From Edaphobacter aggregans (GTDB taxonomy: Bacteria > Acidobacteriota > Terriglobia > Terriglobales > Acidobacteriaceae): a stretch of DNA of 32,000 nt. The translations under genes were made by a program, and so were the position numbers. Below the pieces are notes generated by a model, which saw nothing but the letters and a program-made list of their open reading frames with translations, was not told the origin of the DNA and made no database searches. Position 1 is the first letter of the stretch, and each line of letters starts with the position of its first letter. Shown here piece by piece: positions 18,577 through 26,396 of this stretch. The stretch covers positions 2,310,001-2,342,000 of the forward strand of contig NZ_RSDW01000001.1 in assembly GCF_003945235.1 (NCBI RefSeq), read 5' to 3'.

Positions 18577-18823
18577 AAGACACTTCCTGCCTAAAAACTA
18601 CCACATGGCCGTTAACCGCACGACCACCACCTCCTCCAGGCGTTATGCCTGTTCTCGACAGTGACGGAGCAAGGATATTTGTTCGATGGCCTACTTAATC
18701 AGAAAGCTTAGATCCAGACTGCTCTTCCACTTGCGCCTTATCGGGTGAATTGATCGTTCGCATTACAGCAGTTCCGGAGCAGCAGCCAATTCGGGGTAAA
18801 CTCGTGGGGAAATTCCAAGAGGG

Positions 18824-21047
18824 ATGCGAACTGTGAATACGCCGTGCCGTCGTTATTCAGCGCTGCTCGTATGCATGGCTTTCCTTCTTGGCTTCAAACA
18901 GGTCCGTGCTCAAGCGGATGGGGCTGGGCGTCCCGATTACGCAACTCCGTTGGCGTCTGACGCCGAAGGCCTCCTCAAGCTTGATGTCGTAGTGACAGAC
19001 AAGTCGGGCAACCCGGTAACCACTCTCGAACCCAAGGACTTTACCTTGCTCGAGAACGACCATACTGACAAGATTCTCTCCTTTCACGCGTTCGATGGAG
19101 TCCTCGCGAAGCCCAATCCTCCGGTAGAAGTCATTCTTGTGATCGACACAGTCGGCATGTCTGGCGGACAGCTTCTCATTGCAGAGCACGAAGTCGAGAG
19201 AAATTCCTGCGGCAGAACAATGGACATTTAGCCCAACCGGTATCGATGTTCTATCTTTCTGATACCGGCTTCTGGGTTCCACCCCAACCACAGCCTTCCA
19301 ATGATGGCAATTCCCTCGCTGCATCCATTGAGCATAAGGGTAGGCTACGAGCGATTAGGAAGCTCCAGAACGACAAAGATTTACAGTACCCGTCAGCCCC
19401 CTACGCCTCATCTCTCAGGGCGCTCCCCTTTATCGCTGCATTTGAGAGGCAGAAGCCCGGCAGGAAGTTAATGATTTGGATTGGACCTGACTGGGGATTG
19501 GCAGACGGGAAGTTTATTCGATACCACGATATCTTCGACGCGATCGTCTGGTTTTCCATTTCGATGCGGGAGGCCCGCATCGCTCTTTACGATCTTTCAG
19601 TCCAGGAACCCGAGTCGCATGCTATCCGCGATATGGAGCCCACCTACAGTTGGGACACTAGCCCGTGGCCGCCCCGATATCAAGACCTTTTGAAAGGAGT
19701 GACAACGGCCCGGGAAGCCAACCCCGCTCATCTTGATACAAAGATACTTGCGGTACAAAGCGGCGGCCGTGTGCGGGACGCAACTAAAGATCTGACGACC
19801 CAGATCAATCGCTGTGTCGCGGACGCCAGCGCCTTTTATACGCTGTCATTTGATCCTCAGAGTGCGGATCACCCCGACGAATATCACGACCTAAAAGTAC
19901 TAGTCCGCAAGCCAGGGCTAACCGCCCCCACGAACACGGGGTATTACGACCAACCGTACTACCTCGATCAACCGAACCCCGCAACGAAACGCGTCACAGT
20001 CGAGGAGCTGGGCCAGATGCTGGAGGCCGCCCATGGCAGTTCGGATGCCGAGCTTACCCGGCAGCTGTCCGACCTGGAACTGACAGAGCGGCTGAGCACC
20101 GTAAAGCTGACGGCCTGGATTGCGACCATACACGATGCGAAAGCCCGGCAGGCTCTGGTCGCGCTGGCCGATGCGTCCGCGTTTCTGGATCCTCCTGCAG
20201 CAGAGATCCCCACCGATGCTCCTCCAGACGCCGCCGCACGACGGCAAATGCTATCGCGGACTCTCGACTATCTGACCAAGACCGTTCCGAAGTTGCCGAA
20301 CTTCTTCGCAACACGGACGACGGTTCTTTACCGGGAAACCCCGCCAGATTATGAGGGCGCAGGAAAGGCCGGGGTGGGTTATCAGCCGTTACACATGGCC
20401 GGCATTTCCAAGACGACACTTCTTGTACGCGACGGCAAGGAAGTTACGGATCAAGGCGCAACACGCAGGAAGCCGAAAGCAATTGACCCTTCTTCCATCG
20501 CTCTCAACACAATCGGCACGTTCGGCCCCATTCTGAGTACAGTCTTCCTCGACGCCGCCGCAACTCCGCAGGGATTGACCTGGACCCGATGGGAACGGAG
20601 CGCAGAGACGCCCGTGGCTGTATTTCGCTTTGTAATCCCGCCAAATAAGTCGCACATCAGCTGGTGAGCTGTTGCCTTCCAGACGGCGACAGAACAATCT
20701 CGTTTCAAAAGCTCGTAGGCTATCACGGAGAGATCACCGTCGATCCAGTCACCGGAACGATTCTCCGCCTCACACTGGATGCGGATCTTAGCCAGTCAAT
20801 GCCGGCGATGCGCTCCGACATCATGGTCGAATACGGCTCAGTTCAAATCGGCCCCAACAGGCATACCTGTCCTATAAAAAGCGTTTCCATTTTGAGAGGG
20901 CGGTCGGTCAGAGTAGTGGGGGAATGGGATGCGAGATTCAGGACCTTTGGCCCCTTTGTAACGACGTTGAACGATGTTGCCTTTGGGGACTATCACATGT
21001 TCGGCGTAGAGTCGCGCGTACTACCCGGCTACAACCGCGTTCCGTAG
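18824..21047 (+). pseudogene. secreted VWFA-related (TIGR03436-like) protein gene split into three ORFs by two -1 frameshifts
   Basis: ORFs 18824..19231, 19246..20667 and 20664..21047 read as one protein. Frame 2 ends ...IAEHEVER and frame 1 continues KFLRQNNGHLAQPVSMFYLSDTGFW from 19201 (A-run 19201-19203). Frame 1 ends ...PPNKSHI and frame 0 continues QLVSCCLPDGDRTISFQKLVGYHGEITVDPVTGTILRL from 20658. The N-terminus has a signal peptide plus LKLDVVVTDKSGNPVTTLEPKDFTLLENDHTDKILSF, the same module as the intact gene at 6559..8397. Confidence 0.7.
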
Positions 21048-21049
21048 GA

Positions 21050-21080
21050 CGTGCAGCAAGCATCGAGGGCACTTCAAAAG
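21050..21080. repeat. direct repeat copy 2 (CGTGCAGCAAGCATCGAGGGCACTTCAAAAG)
   Basis: Begins 3 nt after the stop codon of the frameshifted gene. Identical to copy 1 apart from the 5-nt indel. Confidence 0.85.
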
Positions 21081-21160
21081 CCGAGTTGGACGCCAATTCT
21101 ACCTGCTGGTATTCTCCTCGTGCCGAGCGGAGCAAGTGTGCGCCGGGCTGGAGGTAAGCC

Positions 21161-22429
21161 TTGGTACGATCGGAAAGTCAAGGTAAGTCTTTGACAAAGT
21201 GGGTCATTCTTGGGTGCCTGTTGGTTGCCCTTGTAGCTGGCGCTTTGTGGTTCTTTCGCCGCCCCACGCTGGTTTCAGTTGTGCATCCCCAACGCGTTTC
21301 GCTGACAGAAACGATCGCCAGCAGCGCGAGAGTCGGCGGAATCCAGGAGAGTGCGATTGGCGCTCAATTCACAGGCACGGTAGAACATCTCTTCGTAAGG
21401 CTTGGCGATCGGGTACAGGCAGGTCAGCCTATTGCAACTCTCAGGAATAACGTAACGCAGCAGCAAAAGGCGCAGGCCGCGACTGCGGTCGATACAGCAC
21501 GGGCTCGTCTGGCGCAGGTTTCAAAACCTCCTTTACGCTCGGAGATGGATGAGGCCACGCATCAGGTCACCGAGGCGAAGGCTCAGGTTGCACAGATAAA
21601 TGCAGACCTCACACTTGCGAACACACAGTTAGAAAGAAATCAGCAACTGTTCCAAAGTGGCTTGATCCCCAAGAGTGAATTCGATACCGTGCAGTCGAAC
21701 CAGAAGAGCCTTCAATCGCGTCTACGGGCAGCCAAAGCGACGGTGAAGGTCCGGGAAGCCAGGCTGGAGACGCTGCAGAAGACACCTCTGCCTGAAGATG
21801 TGCAGGTGGCAAGGGCGCAACTGTCCGAAGCCGAGCAGGCCCTTCGAGTCGCGGAGCAGCAGTCAAAAGAAGCAACCGTAACGGCACCCTTTGCAGGCGT
21901 CGTCACCGCAATCAATGCCGAACAGGGACAAACCGTAACCAACAGCGGCGTGGTCAACCTCGTGAGCGACAGCCTTGAGATACGCGTTGATCTCGACGAG
22001 AACAACCTCGCCGACCTCGAGTTAGGCCAGACCGCCATTCTGTCCTCATCGGCCTTCGGTGATAACACCTTTCAAGGTCGCCTCACGGATATCGGCGCCG
22101 CAGTCGATCAAGCTCGCGGAATCGTTACCGTCAAGATCACGCCCGATAATCCTCCGTCATGGTTGCGGCCCGGGCAAACAGTAAACGTCAACCTCATGAC
22201 AAACGAAACGGTCGACAGGCTGATCGTTCCATCAACCGCCGTCCTTCGTCAGGGGAACCGCACCGTTGTCATGGTGGTGCAGGATGGTGACGCAGCCGAG
22301 CGAACCGTACTAACCCGTCCCGCAGTCCCACAAGGAATTCCCCTATCCGCCGGCATAGTCGAGACCGATCAGGTGATCGTCAACCCCTCGGGCATCAACG
22401 CTGGGCAGGCCGTCCGAATCAGAAGGTGA
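21161..22429 (+). CDS. HlyD/DevB-type membrane-fusion (periplasmic adaptor) protein
   Basis: N-terminal TM anchor (WVILGCLLVALVAGALWFF), a lipoyl-like segment (GDRVQAGQPIATL), a long Q/A-rich coiled coil and a C-terminal beta-barrel region. TTG start at 21161 has GGAGG 6 nt upstream. Confidence 0.8.
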   Translation: MVRSESQGKSLTKWVILGCLLVALVAGALWFFRRPTLVSVVHPQRVSLTETIASSARVGGIQESAIGAQFTGTVEHLFVRLGDRVQAGQPIATLRNNVTQQQKAQAATAVDTARARLAQVSKPPLRSEMDEATHQVTEAKAQVAQINADLTLANTQLERNQQLFQSGLIPKSEFDTVQSNQKSLQSRLRAAKATVKVREARLETLQKTPLPEDVQVARAQLSEAEQALRVAEQQSKEATVTAPFAGVVTAINAEQGQTVTNSGVVNLVSDSLEIRVDLDENNLADLELGQTAILSSSAFGDNTFQGRLTDIGAAVDQARGIVTVKITPDNPPSWLRPGQTVNVNLMTNETVDRLIVPSTAVLRQGNRTVVMVVQDGDAAERTVLTRPAVPQGIPLSAGIVETDQVIVNPSGINAGQAVRIRR

Positions 22430-22434
22430 AGCGA

Positions 22435-23688
22435 ATGAACTCGCTGGTTCCTCTCAAGTGGCGATTCGAAGTAAAACTTGCACTGCGGCACCTGACCACG
22501 GGTGGGGGGCAGACTTTACTCACGGTCGGTGCCGTTGCCGCCGGTGTGATCGTCATCATTTTTCTGACCGCACTGATCTTCGGTATACGGGCAAGGCTAA
22601 CCACCATGCTGACCGAGTCCATACCGCACGTGACGCTCAGGGTTCGAGATCTGGAGCCCGTGCCTCTCTCGGAGATCCAGAACCTCGAGAATGCCATGAG
22701 CAGTACCCGGATCGAGAAACAGGCTCCACAACTGAAGTTCATCGATAATTGGCAGCACGTAATCGATGTCGTCCGCACCGTACCCAACGTTCGCGTCGCG
22801 TCGCCTGCGGTTCAAGGACAGGGATTCGCTTCGCGGGGAGGCAACCCCATCGGAGTGTCGATCACAGGCGCCGACCCAGCCCAGCAGGATGAGATCTCTC
22901 CAGTAACAAAGGACCTGATCGCCGGAAGGTTCGTGGGGCTGGCCAGCGATGAGGTCGTAATCGACTACGAACTGGCGAAGGACCTTTCGGTTGCGGTCGG
23001 AGATCGCATCCGCATGACGTCCAGTATGGGCAACACAGAGTCGCTTTCGATCGCCGGCATCTACAGCCGCGGGCAGGGCCGTGGAGGAGCGTATGTAACG
23101 CTGCGTACCGGCCAAAGTCTCTTCGCGATGGGCAACTCAGTCAACGTAGTTTATGTAAAGGTATACGAACTCTTCGGATCCGATCAGGTCGCCGATCGCA
23201 TCGAGAGCCTGGTGCCGTACGAGGCCCGATCGTGGTCTCGTGAATTTCCGAGCTTCGTCTCATCACTGAATGTTCAGGCGGCGTCTGCCTATCTCATCTC
23301 AGGCTTCAGCCTGATTGCCTCCTCCTTTGCAATCGCTTCGGTCCTGATCGTCTCTGTCCTTCAAAAATCGAAGCAAATCGGAATATTGAAAAGCATCGGC
23401 GCAACGCGCTCGCAGATTTTGCGCGTGTTCACACTGGAAGGACTTGCCATTGCCTTCGCCGGCAGCATCAGCGGAGCTATCGTTGGCTCCCTGCTGGTGT
23501 ATCTCATCAGCTTGCCCCTGCAAACAACTTCGAGACCGGGACATGTGCCCGACCAACTATTTCCCGTCGCAATTCTTCCCGTCTATATCTTCGGCGCGAT
23601 GGGTGCCGCGATTCTCTCAACCGTTATAGCCGCTTGGTTTCCTGCACGACGGGCCGCAAAGATGAACCCTGTCGACGTAATGCGTTAG
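22435..23688 (+). CDS. ABC transporter permease, FtsX/MacB/DevC-like
   Basis: N-terminal TM, a large periplasmic domain, then the FtsX-type C-terminal bundle (ILKSIGATRSQILRVF...AAWFPARRAAKMNPVDVMR). The alternative GTG at 22426 overlaps the upstream stop (GTGA). Confidence 0.85.
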   Translation: MNSLVPLKWRFEVKLALRHLTTGGGQTLLTVGAVAAGVIVIIFLTALIFGIRARLTTMLTESIPHVTLRVRDLEPVPLSEIQNLENAMSSTRIEKQAPQLKFIDNWQHVIDVVRTVPNVRVASPAVQGQGFASRGGNPIGVSITGADPAQQDEISPVTKDLIAGRFVGLASDEVVIDYELAKDLSVAVGDRIRMTSSMGNTESLSIAGIYSRGQGRGGAYVTLRTGQSLFAMGNSVNVVYVKVYELFGSDQVADRIESLVPYEARSWSREFPSFVSSLNVQAASAYLISGFSLIASSFAIASVLIVSVLQKSKQIGILKSIGATRSQILRVFTLEGLAIAFAGSISGAIVGSLLVYLISLPLQTTSRPGHVPDQLFPVAILPVYIFGAMGAAILSTVIAAWFPARRAAKMNPVDVMR

Positions 23689-23704
23689 GAACACTGGACA
23701 ACGA

Positions 23705-24457
23705 ATGAATGCGATGACAGAAGACGCACCGAAACAGATCGTTGTGGCAACTCAAGGGCTGAAGAAGACCTACTTCGGCAAGATTGCGACGCCTGTCCTG
23801 CATGGCATCGACATCGAAATCCGCGCGGGCGAATTTGTCGCAATCATCGGACAATCTGGCAGCGGAAAATCGACGCTGCTCAACATCCTCGGCGCGCTCG
23901 ATATCCCAACCGAGGGCAAAGTCCTGATCGACGGCGTCGACATCGCAACCCTCACCGAAGACGAACTGGCGGCCCTGCGCAATCGCGTCGTCGGCTTCGT
24001 CTTCCAATTCCACTACCTGTTGAGCGAGTTGAGCTGCCTTGAAAATGCACTCACTCCCGTCGCCATCAGCAAGGGCGAGGCGACCGAAGAGGACACAGCT
24101 CGCGTCATCGCATTGCTCGAGCGAGTAGGTCTGGGCAAGCAGATCCATAAGTATCCCGATACGATGAGCGGCGGCCAGAATCAGCGCTGCGCCATCATCC
24201 GCGCGCTCACCAATCAACCCAAGATCGTTCTCGCCGATGAGCCAACCGGCAACCTCGACAGCCGCTCCGGCAATGAAGTCTTCAACATCATGCGCGAGAT
24301 GAACCGCGAGAACGGAGTCGCCTTCATCATGGTGACTCACGACGATCGGCTCGCCCAGGAAGCAGATCGCATCCTGATGATCGAGGACGGGTGGGTGCAT
24401 GAGGTCGATAAGAACGAACATCGGATGAAACTGCTCAGCAGTTTAAAGACCTCCTAG
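23705..24457 (+). CDS. ABC transporter ATP-binding protein (MacB/LolD/DevA-like)
   Basis: Walker A GQSGSGKST, Q-loop FVFQ, signature MSGGQNQR, Walker B IVLADEPTGNLD, H-loop MVTHD. Confidence 0.9.
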   Translation: MNAMTEDAPKQIVVATQGLKKTYFGKIATPVLHGIDIEIRAGEFVAIIGQSGSGKSTLLNILGALDIPTEGKVLIDGVDIATLTEDELAALRNRVVGFVFQFHYLLSELSCLENALTPVAISKGEATEEDTARVIALLERVGLGKQIHKYPDTMSGGQNQRCAIIRALTNQPKIVLADEPTGNLDSRSGNEVFNIMREMNRENGVAFIMVTHDDRLAQEADRILMIEDGWVHEVDKNEHRMKLLSSLKTS

Positions 24458-24584
24458 CTGCTCGAGGTGCCGCTGAATTACCTGGCCATTCGTAGAGAGA
24501 ATCACCCAACCGTGCGTCTAGCGACCGCAGCGGAGCACCGCAGCACGACGAACCAGCCTCCGCCATTCATGAGTTTAAATCTTC

Positions 24585-24613
24585 TTGACAATGTACTAGT
24601 ATACTAGTACATT
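24585..24613 (+). promoter_or_regulatory. sigma70-like promoter with an embedded perfect 22-bp palindromic operator
   Basis: TTGACA (24585-24590), a 17-nt spacer, then TACATT (24608-24613). The palindrome ATGTACTAGTATACTAGTACAT occupies 24591-24612 and is built from two abutting copies of the 8-bp palindrome TACTAGTA. The GntR start codon GTG lies 7 nt after the -10 hexamer. Confidence 0.6.
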
Positions 24614-24620
24614 CTGCATT

Positions 24621-25043
24621 GTGAAGTCCCAAGCCAAATCCGGAGACACCGAGTTCACCTTCCGCCTCGACCCGCGCAGTGGCGTCCCTGTCTACCGGCA
24701 GCTGATCGACCAGGTGCAGGCCGCCATCGCCACCGGGGCTGTGTCCGTCGGAGACCAGCTTCCTACCGTCCGCCGTGTAGCCGTCGATCTCGCCATTAAT
24801 CCCAATACCGTCGTCCGTGCCTATCGCGAGATGGAAGTTCGCGGCATCCTCGATACCCAGCAAGGCTCCGGCACCTTCATCTCAGCAAATCAAATCGAGC
24901 AATCGCACGACGAGCGCGAGCGTCAGCTATCGCAACTCGTCACTGAGTTCGTCGCCCGCGCAGGATCAGCAGGTTTCAAGCTCAATGAGCTTCTCGCAGC
25001 CCTGCAACATCTCTCATCCAAAGTTCAAAATAAGAGGAGGTAA
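24621..25043 (+). CDS. GntR-family transcriptional regulator, YtrA-like short subfamily
   Basis: wHTH PVYRQLIDQVQAAIATGAVSVGDQLPTVRRVAVDLAINPNTVVRAYREMEVRGILDTQQGSGTFI, followed by only about 55 aa of helical C-terminus. GTG is the first usable start after an in-frame TAG at 24597. Confidence 0.85.
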   Translation: MKSQAKSGDTEFTFRLDPRSGVPVYRQLIDQVQAAIATGAVSVGDQLPTVRRVAVDLAINPNTVVRAYREMEVRGILDTQQGSGTFISANQIEQSHDERERQLSQLVTEFVARAGSAGFKLNELLAALQHLSSKVQNKRR

Positions 25044-25045
25044 CC

Positions 25046-25906
25046 GTGTCCCATCGCAATCAGTTCAGCAATGTCGGTCTCTTGGTCTTCGGTGGATCCC
25101 TGCTGCTTGGCTTCATAACTTCTCGACTCACCTACTCTCCCGGTCCGCTGATTGTCGGCGCTCTCGTGGGAACTTACTTCCTCTTTGCCATCAAGATCGT
25201 CGACCAATGGGAGAAGGTAGCCGTCCTTCGTTTCGGACGTTATCGCGGACTGCGCGGCCCCGGTCTTGTCTTCATCATCCCCATATTCGAAACCCTCAGC
25301 CGCTTCGTCGACCAGCGCGTCCGTGTCAGCACTGTCAGCGCCGAGTCCACCCTCACGCGCGACACGGTACCGGTGAATGTCGACGCCATCATCTTCTGGC
25401 TCGTCTGGAACGCCGAAAAGGCCATCCTCGAAGTGGAAGACTTTACACAAGCCATAGGGCTCGGCTCTCAAACCGCACTCCGCGAATCCATCGGTCGCCA
25501 CCAGCTCGCCCAGATGATCACCGAACGCGAGACCCTAGGCCACGAACTGCAAAAGATCCTCGACGAGAAGACCACCCCATGGGGCATCACCGTTCAGTCC
25601 GTAGAGATTCGCGACGTCCGCATTCCGCAATCGCTCGAGAACGCCATGTCCCAGCAAGCGCAAGCCGAGCGCGAACGCCAGGCCCGCGTCATCCTCGGTG
25701 ACGCCGAAATTCAGGTCTCCGAGAAGTTCGCCGAAGCCTCGCGCGTCTACAACGACAACCCCGGAGCCCTCCACCTTCGCGGCATGAACATGCTCTACGA
25801 GAGCATGCGCGAAAAGGGCTCGATGGTCATCGTCCCCTCCTCCGCAATCGAAAGCATGGGTCTCGGCGGAACACTCGCCGCCACCGCAATCGCCAAGCAG
25901 GCATAA
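25046..25906 (+). CDS. SPFH/band-7 protein, stomatin (slipin)-like
   Basis: N-terminal hairpin TM, then QWEKVAVLRFGRYRGLRGPGLVFIIPIFE...TRDTVPVNVDAIIFW...PWGITVQSVEIRDVRIP...AQAERERQARV, close to prokaryotic stomatins. GTG start sits 2 nt after the GntR stop with AGGAGG 5 nt upstream. Confidence 0.88.
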   Translation: MSHRNQFSNVGLLVFGGSLLLGFITSRLTYSPGPLIVGALVGTYFLFAIKIVDQWEKVAVLRFGRYRGLRGPGLVFIIPIFETLSRFVDQRVRVSTVSAESTLTRDTVPVNVDAIIFWLVWNAEKAILEVEDFTQAIGLGSQTALRESIGRHQLAQMITERETLGHELQKILDEKTTPWGITVQSVEIRDVRIPQSLENAMSQQAQAERERQARVILGDAEIQVSEKFAEASRVYNDNPGALHLRGMNMLYESMREKGSMVIVPSSAIESMGLGGTLAATAIAKQA

Positions 25907-25945
25907 CGCCGCAAAGCTGCAGTCGCGCACACGAGAGGAATCATC

Positions 25946-26350
25946 ATGAAGAAGCTAGCTGTCGCCATCGCGTACTTCCTCGTCCTTGCAAGCGTTCCTC
26001 TCGTAGCGCAATCGAACAAGATCGCCCCGCTGGGCGTATGGCGCGGCACCCTCGACGGCCTTCCCGGCGTCACCCTCACCCTCGCGAACGACACCGGAGA
26101 GATCGGCGGCACAGTCGTCTTCTACGGCATCAACGGCGAAGCCCGACAAATCGTCATCATCGAACCCCACACGCTTCTCCATCCAAAGCTCGATGGCGAC
26201 ACGCTCTCCTTCCAGATAAAGTTCGGCGGAGACCGAACCGGCCTCGCTAGAGTCACCGTGGTCTTCAGCGCAGACAACAAGGCGCAGATTCATTGCCTCG
26301 ACTGCGGTCCCGACAGCCCGACCACCGAGCTAATCAGACAAACCGACTAG
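25946..26350 (+). CDS. small secreted hypothetical protein
   Basis: Signal peptide MKKLAVAIAYFLVLASVPLVAQ; GAGAGGA upstream; C/A-ending codon usage matches + strand genes. No family recognised. Confidence 0.6.
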   Translation: MKKLAVAIAYFLVLASVPLVAQSNKIAPLGVWRGTLDGLPGVTLTLANDTGEIGGTVVFYGINGEARQIVIIEPHTLLHPKLDGDTLSFQIKFGGDRTGLARVTVVFSADNKAQIHCLDCGPDSPTTELIRQTD

Positions 26351-26396
26351 CCCCCTAAACGCTTGTCCCGCTATCGCAATTTGATCGACACGAGAC

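Noticed and set aside
21086-21115. Promoter-like TTGGAC-18-TATTCT upstream of the DevB-like gene, and TTGAGC-17-TACTAT (2064-2092) upstream of rpmB, as annotated features.
   Set aside because: Hexamer matches alone are weak evidence in a lineage whose promoter consensus I cannot verify. They are kept only as supporting remarks inside findings.
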